DNA from: Sminthopsis crassicaudata
Taxonomy: Eukaryota
Assembly (NCBI RefSeq): GCF_048593235.1
Contig: NC_133619.1
Location: 388,754,454 to 388,818,453 of the forward strand
Reading direction: 5' to 3'
DNA length: 64,000 nucleotides
The notes under the pieces were generated by a model. It did not search any database. It saw only the letters and a list, made by a program, of their open reading frames with translations, and was not told where the DNA came from. The position numbers were made by a program, and so were the translations under genes. This document shows, piece by piece, positions 28,712 through 36,559 of the stretch (positions within the stretch are counted from its first letter, which is position 1; each line of letters opens with the position of its first letter).

Positions 28712-29001
28712 TGTTGTGATATGGGAGACAACTGCCAGTGGCTTCTGGAGATCTAATTCAGACCTGTAGAATGAATCTTTTCATGTGAGAGGACGATGAT
28801 GATATAAGGAGACTGAGAGGTAATTGCATTGTCTGACCACTTTCCTCTTCCCTGTTGCCTCCAATTTACTTCATTCCCAATCCACAAGCAACACCTGTGC
28901 CAGCAAAGGCTGCTTTGCAACTCCTTCAGATGTCATGATCCACAGCTGTGGAGGCTCTCGGAGAATTGACTTGCCCCTTCACATAGGGATGGTCCTTAAC
29001 A
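28712..29001 (-). repeat. 3' LTR of mini-provirus (~290 bp)
   Basis: Minus strand TGTTAAGG...CACAACA termini; preceded by a PPT-like tract. Confidence 0.85.
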
Positions 29002-29196
29002 ATTCCCTATTTTTTTGTTTTATGAGTGTGATTATTTTTCCCCCACAGCATGCATTGACTGTTATCTAAATCCACATGCTAAGTTATCTGAGTCCACATG
29101 CTAGAGAGTGCAAATAGCAATATAACAAGTGTTGAAGTTTGTGAGATGTCATGGAGGCAAACTTTCAAACAGAGAAGAGGATATAGTCAGAACAGG

Positions 29197-29431
29197 CACT
29201 AGGGAACTAACAAGTCAGGGCATTATGTGAGTAGGTATAATAAAGGCTTTTAAGATTACATGTGGCTGTTATTGAGTGTGCTACCGGTTATTAAACTACT
29301 ATTCAAGAAATTGTGGCCAAAGAACTTTGAAGGCCTCAGAGCAGGTGAGCCGGGTAGAGTTGACACTGCAAAGGTCAGTGGTCAAGTTACTCTGTTGGGC
29401 CTAGGACAGACTGGTAATAGTTACTTCCAAG
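29197..29431 (+). repeat. Partial LTR (R/U5 region) related to LTR-A at 34854-35437
   Basis: Aligns by eye at roughly 85-90% to 35176-35424, including gtgagtaggtataataaaggcttttaagattaca; lacks the U3 start and the terminal attaca. Confidence 0.85.
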
Positions 29432-29588
29432 AAGGATGTGTTGGCCCATTTAATTACCCTGACTAAAAAGTCTTACTGGGTCTCTTCTCCCTTTCCTTCC
29501 CCACGGGTTACCAAAGGAACTCTCCTGGGAGGATCCTACTCATGAACAGCTCTCAAGTGCTGCTGCTTCTTTATTTCTTGTGTCCATA

Positions 29589-29860
29589 TGTTGTGATATT
29601 GGAGCCACCTGCGAGTTGCTGCTGGAGGTCTAACTCAGACCTGTAGAATGGATCTCTTCATAGGAGAAGATGATGATAATACAAGGAGACTGAGAGGCAG
29701 TTGCATTTTCTGACCTCTCTCCTCTTCCCTCTTGCCTCCAATTTATTTTATTCCCAATCCAACAAGCAACTCCTGCAGCAAAGGCTGCTTTGCAACTCCT
29801 TCAAGTGTTATGATTCACAGCTGTTTGACCTGCCCCTTCACTTAGGCATGGTCCTTAATA
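29589..29860 (-). repeat. 5' LTR of mini-provirus (~272 bp)
   Basis: Homologous to 28712-29001 with an internal ~16-bp deletion; terminal TG decayed to TA on the minus strand. Confidence 0.83.
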
Positions 29861-30436
29861 GAATTCTTCATATCATGATTCCTTTAATATAGTAACAATT
29901 CCATTACATTCATATAGTATGATTTATTAGCCATTTATAACTTGAACAGACTTTTTCCAGGGTTCTTTTCCTTATGAATTTTTTGGTATAAATGGTACTT
30001 GTTCCCTTAACTCCATTTTTATCTTTCTCAGAGTGATATATAGCAGTGATTTTCCTCAATAATAGATTTTAGCAGTAACATCTAGACATTTTTTATCTCT
30101 TTTTGCAATAATTGCAAATTCCTTTCCAAAATGTTTGGAACAATTCATAGCCCCACCAATAGTATCTAAGTTACCATCTTTCATAGTCTTTTCAATATTG
30201 ACTATATTTATCTTTTGTCATCTTTGTCGATTTGTTGAGTGTAAGGGGAAAACTCTGAATTTTCATCTTAGTGATTGGGATATATTTTTCATGTACTTTT
30301 TTAATAGTGTTCAAATTTTGGAATTTTTTTCATATTCCGAACACATATCTATTGGAGGGATGAACCTTGATATTTTTAATGCTAAATTCCAATATTATTG
30401 GTTAACAAACTTCTAATAGAATAAGGGAAGGTTTCT

Positions 30437-30738
30437 TGCTGGAACTCTATCTTCCCAGAAATCAGCAGGAGTCAGGATCACTAAATGTCTTTATTCTAGA
30501 TCTTTACCGTTGCCTCCAACGCCAGGTCATGAGTGCAAGTGAGCGTGAGTTTCACCACCCAAGTTTCTCTTACTCCTCCCACACAAGTCACTTCCCCCTC
30601 TTTGTCGCACCAATCAAGTCAGCACAGAACAGCTGGGGAGGGTCAACCTTCAAACAAGTTAATAGGGTACCGTCCAATTGGCAATTAGTCTCATGTGCTT
30701 CATTATCCAAGTGCATTGCTCAGTTCTAGCCCTTTACA
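30437..30738 (-). repeat. 3' LTR of ERV element B (302 bp)
   Basis: Minus strand TGTAAAGGG...GTTCCAGCA; AATAAA at 30490-30495; directly preceded by PPT aaaagaaagcaggaga (30739-30754). Confidence 0.92.
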
Positions 30739-30754
30739 TCTCCTGCTTTCTTTT
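30739..30754 (-). promoter_or_regulatory. Polypurine tract of element B
   Basis: AAAAGAAAGCAGGAGA abutting the LTR TG. Confidence 0.88.
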
Positions 30755-30903
30755 GTTTTAGACCACAGAAGGTTGTGCCATCCCTGACTTTTCAGGGAGA
30801 TGAGAACCCCAAAAAGGAGGTTATCACGCCCCCCCTGACTTCTCAGGAAGGGAGATGAAAAGCACCAAAGAGAAGTGGGGATTTGTTAGCGGGTTTCTGG
30901 ATT

Positions 30904-31250
30904 AAAGGGCCTTATTAGAGACAAGTATGCACAAACCCATCAACATGGGAGTTATTACACAAGCACATAGCAATAACGCAGAGGCTATTAGTGGTGACTC
31001 TCCCCACAGTCAGTGAAGACTCGATGTGGTGTAACAAACAGGAATTGTACATGCAAGTAGTGATATAACAAACAATATAAATCAACATGGTCTTGTAAGA
31101 GATTTCCAGAAGTCCTAGAAGGAGGGTATGTAAACACCAGACACACATACCCCTTCTTCAGCAACCAAGAGATAGTCCAAAACCAATCTATTGTCCATTG
31201 CTTCACTGTTAGGGAATCCAATGATCCCCACAAGTTTTTGAAGTCCCACA
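30904..31250 (-). pseudogene. env: env TM remnant of element B with immunosuppressive-domain-like motif
   Basis: Frame reads ...EAMDNRLVLDYLLVAEEGVC..., matching the ISD consensus (NRxxLDxLL..GGxC), followed by hydrophobic stretches with in-frame stops; no SU and no CX6CC seen. Confidence 0.7.
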
Positions 31251-31420
31251 TCAGTCTTTTTATATGTTAGGGAATCCAATGATCCCCACAAGGTTTTGAA
31301 GTCCAGCAACAATCTTATGATGCCTCAGAGAATCCAATGATTCCTGAGGATTTTCAAGTCCTACAATAGTCTTATGATGCCTCAGAGAATCCAATGATTC
31401 CTGAAGATTTTCAAGTCCAA
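31207..31420. repeat. Tandem repeat, ~57-58 bp x ~4, inside element B env region
   Basis: gaatccaatgat recurs at 31214, 31272, 31330 and 31387. Confidence 0.93.
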
Positions 31421-31621
31421 CAGTTTTTGATGTTCATGGGTCAAACGCCATAACTGCCAGGTTCTTTCAGTGGTGGGCACAGTCAGCAATGGAACCACCC
31501 GATGTTTCTTGGGTCTTCTCCTTCGTTTCAAGAGTCTGCTCTGTCTCTCTCCGATGGACAAGGCAAATACGGCTCGTTGGCACCCATCTGATTCCTTCTC
31601 CATCTGTAGAGATACAAGCAA
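31382..31621 (-). pseudogene. env signal-peptide (Rec/Rem-like) remnant of element B overlapping the IN C-terminus
   Basis: ORF ...LLKRRRRPKKHRVVPLLTVPTTERTWQLWRLTHEHQKLL; Arg-rich patch followed by TW-QL--LT, as in class II env leaders. Confidence 0.55.
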
Positions 31622-33100
31622 ACCCTTTCCCCCAAGCAGTTAACCTATCTGGTCCCTTCCATTCACCACTTTCTGGGTCTCTCCACATCACTTGGCGATT
31701 ATCTAAAGACAGTGGAGCTGCTCGCACTGGACACTGCCCTTCCGGTGGGTTATAAAACCTGGAGCCAGTGCATCTTTGTCAAAAATTAAAAAATTAATGG
31801 TATAGAGAACTAAATTTAGAAGTTCTCTAGGGTTACCCGTGGCTCCCCCTTTCTTTTGTTTTTGGAGGAGTGTCTTAATATCTCTGTTTCTTCTCTCTAC
31901 TATTGCCTGCCCTTGAGGATTAAAGGGTATGCCCGTGGTATGTAAAATCTTATACTGTGCACAAAAGTGTGTAAAATGTTTAGAAGTATATGCAGGTCCA
32001 TTGTCTGTTTTTATTGCTTGTGGCACACCCATAATTGCAAATGCTTGTATAAGGAATTCAGTTACCACTCGGGCTGTCTCTTTTGCTGCTGGCATTGCAA
32101 ATGTGAATCCCGAAAAGGTGTCTACCACGATATGGATAAAAGATAGACGACCAAAAGATTTATAATGGGTCACATCCATTTGCCAAATTTCATTAGGTCT
32201 CAAACCATGAGGGTTCTTCCCTGGAGGGAGTGTAGGAGCATGGAAAGGAAGGCAAGCCGTACAGGCTTTTACTATGCTCCTAGCTTCTTCTCTTGTTATT
32301 CCAAACTGCAAACATAAAGCTCGGGCAGCCTGATGATATTTAGAATGAGATTCTTATGCTTCTTGAAATAAAGGAGTACTGGCCAGCATGGTTAGAAGGC
32401 TATCTGCCTTTGAATTACCATCAAAAATAGGACCTGGAAGTCCACTATGGGAGTGGACATGCAAAATATAAATCTTGCCTGCATGCTTTCTCACTTGCTC
32501 TTGAAGCTCTTTAAAGAGCTGATATATATTGGAGGCTACAAATTTTATTTGGGCTATGGAAATTCTTTGTACCATACCTACTGAATAGGCCGAATCAGAT
32601 ATTATATTTATATCTCCCGGATAATAAGCAAGAGCTAGAATGATTGCATATAATTCATTCTGCTGAGTGGACTGAAAAGGAGTTCTGATTACTCTCTTTA
32701 TAGTTAAGCCACGAGAATACACAGTGCAAATATTATGTTTGGATGCATCTGTAAAGATAGTTGGTCCTTTAAGAGGAACTTTAGAAACCTTTTCTTCAAG
32801 AATCCATTGCCAATTGTCTGGTTATCTTTAATGGAGACCCGTGTGCAAAATTTGGAGCCATGGTTAATAAAATTTGCCACTCTGGGATGGTTTTGCAGCA
32901 CACATTAACTTGTGCATTAGTATAAAAGGTCTTGTCAGGTCTTATCCCAGATAATTGTACTGCTCATTTAATGGTCTTTAATAAAATTCTAGCCACAAGC
33001 ACTGGGCAAGGAATAAGGCTTTGTTCTGGTTGTGCTGGGAGGTTCACCCACTCTATCACACTGTCTCCTTGTTGAAGGACTGCTGTGGGTGCCTGCATGT
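31467..33100 (-). pseudogene. pol: Betaretrovirus-like pol remnant of element B (RT connection, RNase H, integrase); 5'-truncated at ~33100
   Basis: RNase H: IFTDAS..QQNELYAIILAL..NIISDSAY..HVHSHSGLPGPIFDGNSKAD. IN: H..H..C..C zinc finger, WQMDVTH, VDTFSG, KTDNGPAY, GIPFNPQGQAIVERRN, C-terminal VMWRDPESGEWKGPD..WGKGFAC. A few stops and frameshifts (stop near 32354, frameshift near 31750). Confidence 0.96.
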
Positions 33101-33930
33101 CCATTTTCAGAGTGGACCTTCAAATCATTTATAATCAGGCTGCTAGAATCTTATATTTGCAAATTGTAATAACTAAAGAGGAAGCTAGAGCATGGCAGAA
33201 GGCTACACAGCTTATCTTTCTTTCACTCTCCTATACTCCCTATAGCACAAAACCCTTATGGTTTGAAATTTAATGTTTTAAGACCAATGGACATTATGGC
33301 TTCATTCCAATCTGGAGAAGAAGCTAGACATGTGATCAACCATTTTTCCATTGTAGAAATTTCACATGCATTTAAGACAGTTATGGATTGGCTTACAAAT
33401 ATTTTGCCTTTCGGTGTTTTTGCATTGAATTTGACTTTGCCCATTCCATTGGCATTTCTTATAATCCTACTAGTAAAGTCATTACTGTACAGACTATATC
33501 CCCAAGATCTTCTCTTCTAAACAAGAGAAGGGAATTTTGGGATATGTACAAGATGTGGCAATACATATATGTGGTTGCTTGCAATTTTAAAATTTTGATT
33601 TTATATTTTTAAACACTTTTGATTTTACATCTTCAAAGTATTTTGATTTTACATTTTTAAATTATTTTGGTTTTACATTTTTAAATTCTTTGCCTTTTAC
33701 CTTAGCAATGCACTTTGGGCATACACAGAAAGTGAAGCTAAGTGACAGACTGACTAACTTTTGTCTGACTTTTTGTTAATCTTTTTGACAACAACTTTGT
33801 TTCCACTGTGATGTGGAAAGGCCTGGATGGCATTTGGAAAGGCCCAAGTTGGGCCCCGGGGACATTCCTTCCTAGGTGCAGATCCAGCAGCAGAGTTCAT
33901 CCCCACCAGAGACATTTGTAACCTGGGGAT
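33101..33930 (+). pseudogene. pol: Heavily decayed integrase of element A
   Basis: Across frameshifts: QAARILYLQIVITKEEARA (cf. B QAARALCLQFGITREEARS), NPYGLKFNVLRPMD (cf. NPHGLRPNEIWQMD), GEEARHVINH, AYKYF..FC..F..HSIGISYNP (cf. AYTSKHF..FC..YKILHTTGIPFNP), then VMWKGLDGIWKGP and FIPTRDI (cf. VMWRDPESGEWKGP, WVPTSRI). Confidence 0.8.
33585..33690. repeat. Degenerate AT-rich ~22-bp tandem repeat (ttttgattttacatttttaaa) inside element A IN
   Basis: ttttgatttta(c/t)at recurs about five times. Confidence 0.75.
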
Positions 33931-34292
33931 CCAAGAGAAGGACCAGACAACAGCCCAGAGGGACCAACTAGATGTCAGCAGCCCTCCAGACACTGATGAC
34001 AGCAATGTCCCTCCTGACCGTGACACCAGAGACAGCAGACACAGTTCCAGTGTTGCAGCTGAAATGGACTGTCTTGGGTGATATGCAATATAAAGACTGT
34101 GAATGGACAGTGGGCCTGCTTGCTTCTCCCGTGGCTATTTGCCGTATGGTGGCCTGGGAAGAGGCTTTGCCCTATGCTTTCTATTGAAGGACTATGCTTT
34201 TAAATTAGTGGGTGAAAAACAAACGCATCCACCTGCCATTGTTATTGAGACAATGTTACTGGACATGACTTTGCTTATGTGCACCTGTGAAT

Positions 34293-34535
34293 CTAGAATT
34301 GTTCTAGAATTGTGAAAAGTGCAATAGAGAATTGTGATAAACTAGAATTGCTCTAGGATTGTGAAAAGTGCAATTGAGAATTGTGATAAGCTAGAATTGT
34401 TCTAGGATTGTGAAAAGTGCAATTGAGAATTGTGATAAGCTAGAATTGCTCTAGAATTGTGAAAAGTGCAACCGAATTGTAAGAAACTAGAATTGGTCTA
34501 GGATTGTGATAAATGTAACTAGAATTGTGACAACC
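34293..34535. repeat. Tandem repeat, 49 bp x ~4.5, inside element A env region
   Basis: Unit ctagaattgttctaggattgtgaaaagtgcaattgagaattgtgataag starts at 34293, 34342, 34391 and 34440; built of (a)gaattgtga sub-units. Confidence 0.95.
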
Positions 34536-34639
34536 TTCCTCACTGATATTTAATTGTTAACTAGAATTGTGATGTTTTATCTTGTTGACTTCCCACCTCA
34601 GTGTTGACATCCTACCTCATTGGCATCCAACCTCTTTGG

Positions 34640-34853
34640 CTTATTATCTCGAGTATGACTTTGATGAATGGGTTGAACACTTGGGCCACTGTTGAGTCTG
34701 GTTCTTATTGTCATACTTCTGTTTACTGATCTGCTGCTTTGTACCTCCTTGGACATAACACTCTGTCATCTCATGGATCAAGTGAACTATAGCTGGTGCT
34801 AAAAGTTTAGCTTGGTGAGATGTGTGGTTCCTGCAAAACAAGAGAAAGGAAAT
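34640..34853 (+). pseudogene. env: env TM C-terminal remnant of element A (beta-type)
   Basis: LMNGLNTW..., then in a shifted frame LLSLVLIVILLFTDLLLC..., ending ...AKQEKGN across the PPT; this layout parallels the HERV-K TM end (GLANLNPVTW...LILILVCLFCLLLVC...KRKGGN). Confidence 0.55.
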
Positions 34854-35437
34854 TGTAAGAGCCCTTTAAATGGGCGCCACAGTGCATCGGGAGATTGAGT
34901 GGCCCGGAAGTAATTTCTGTGGATATTAGAACTGCCTTGTAGGTGGAATCCTGTCCATTTTGAGATAGCTTCATAATGGGTGACTCTCTCACTGATTGGC
35001 TGTGTGTGTGACCTCACAGGCCCTATGTAAGCCCACTGCAGGCAGCAGTCGCTACCCTAACCCTAAATGCGCGTTCTTCACCCTGGCTCCCTAGCCTGGG
35101 TGGCCAAGCCGAGATGGGTAGCCAAAAGAGGTAAGGATTTTGGTAGTGAACACGTGGGTCTTCTGACCAGGTGTTCACTCGGGAACCAACAAGTCAGGGC
35201 ATCAGTCAGGGCATTAGGTGAGTAGGTATAATAAAGGCTTTTAAGATTACACGTGGTTGTTCTTGAGTGCGCTACCGGTTATTAAGCTATAGATTCAAGA
35301 GATTGTGACCAGAGACCTTTGAAGGCCTCAGAGGAGGCGAGCTGGGTAGAGTTCACACTGCTAAGGACAGTGGTCAAAGGTACTCTGGTGGGTCTAGGAC
35401 AGACTAGTAATAGTAACTGCCAGGAGAGCACATTACA
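34854..35437 (+). repeat. 3' LTR of element A (584 bp), CpG-rich
   Basis: TGTAA...TTACA inverted termini, PPT immediately upstream, reverse CCAAT (attgg) near 34995, AATAAA at 35230-35235. Confidence 0.92.
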
Positions 35438-36559
35438 GTTTCCGATAATTCTTTCTACTTTTTCATAGTTTCATAAATTTAAATCTAGAAGGATACTCCT
35501 CTGCTATCATCATCCAGTTTGTTTTCTTAACGTACAGAGGATAAATTTGGATCTGGAGAGCTTGTAGGACTTGCTACAAGTCACAGAAAGTAAAGAATAG
35601 AGCTGGGATTTGAATGCAGCTCTTTTGAACCTATATTTGACATATTTTCCACTAAATTACAACACCATTCATCTACCTATCTTGTTTAGTCTAGCCTGAA
35701 CTAGAGGCAGGACATGTGATATGGGATAGACAAAATTGTTTATAGAAAGGTGATTGATAATATTACCAGCATAAAGAAGCTAAAAGAATTAGAGGTAAAA
35801 ATGGAATCTTTAGTAGAGGATCAACAATATATTATCAAAACAAAGTTTCAAAAGAGACCAGAAGCAAAGGGTCAGCCTATACCAAAACAGTTATTGACAA
35901 TGTAGCAAGTAAGAATTAGAAGATGGATGCAAAAGTAGAATCAGATACTACAGAAAATTTTAGCCAAATCTATAACAAGGCAAATCACAGATGAAGTCTG
36001 TGACATATATAAATAGCTTGTTGAAACTGATTGCAAGCTGTGGACTCCCTAAGGGTTCATTGCTATGATAAGTAATGGTTCTTACACTCTCATGAATGGG
36101 AAGTAGTCATTTTAGAACTGCTGATAACTAAGGCGCTATAATAATCAAGTTAGTCAGGGATGATAACACCTTTTTTAATCCCATAACTATTTAATATTTT
36201 AATGAAATATTTTTCTTTATTAATAATTTAAGACTCAGATTTCTTAGGCACTAAATGTTGGAAAAACAAATATAATTCCTTCTTCTAGATAAGAGAAATT
36301 TAGAAATTATGGAAGGAAGGAGCTTGAGAAGTTGTTTTCTTTCTTAATAATAAGTTTATATTTATATAGGAATTTTAAGATTTGTAAGGTATTTGAATAT
36401 ATTATCTCATTTGATCTTTACAGCAACACTGTGAAGTATGTTCTATTATGATTATATACAGGAAGTCTTTTTTCAAATTCAGCCTCATATAGTTACAAAC
36501 CCCCCAAAAAATATTTATTTACTTTTAAAAATTAACACAATATTGGGTATAACCATAAT

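Larger units (their letters stand above)
28712..29860 (-). mobile_element. Miniature two-LTR ERV2-like provirus (non-autonomous), 1149 bp, 6-bp TSD gaattc
   Basis: Two homologous same-orientation LTRs (28712-29001, 29589-29860); purine tract aaacaaaaaaatagggaat immediately before the 3' LTR on the minus strand; gaattc at 28706-28711 and 29861-29866. Confidence 0.82.
28560..30430 (-). mobile_element. Old, degraded L1 fragment that is the target of the mini-provirus
   Basis: Removing 28712-29866 restores continuous antisense L1 sequence (...catatctct|gaattc|ttcatatcatgattcc...ccattacattcatatag...). Confidence 0.65.
33101..35437 (+). mobile_element. ERV element A: 5'-truncated, env-deleted ERV2-like provirus (decayed IN, env remnants, PPT, 3' LTR)
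   Basis: Plus-strand IN remnants, TM remnant, PPT aaaacaagagaaaggaa (34835-34852) and a TGTAA...TTACA LTR. Confidence 0.85.

Noticed and set aside
29002-29005. 4-bp attc/attc match suggesting the left LTR is an independent solo LTR
   Set aside because: Better explained by the 6-bp gaattc TSD around both LTRs, the PPT-like tract and the restored L1.
29197-29431. Possible 5' LTR partner of element A
   Set aside because: Partial, about 10-15% diverged, no PBS after it, and enclosed in a separately TSD-bounded element.
31207-34535. CRISPR-like appearance of the 57-bp and 49-bp arrays
   Set aside because: Head-to-tail repeats without unique spacers, in a mammalian ERV context with no cas genes.
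34862-34879. Minus-strand TGGCGCCCA...GGGC resembling a tRNA-Lys PBS that could belong to element B
   Set aside because: Only the first 9 nt match. It lies inside the U3 of the plus-strand LTR-A (which has its own PPT and termini), and no copy of LTR-B follows it.
35055-35066. (CCCTAA)2 telomere-like motif in LTR-A
   Set aside because: Only two units; expected by chance.
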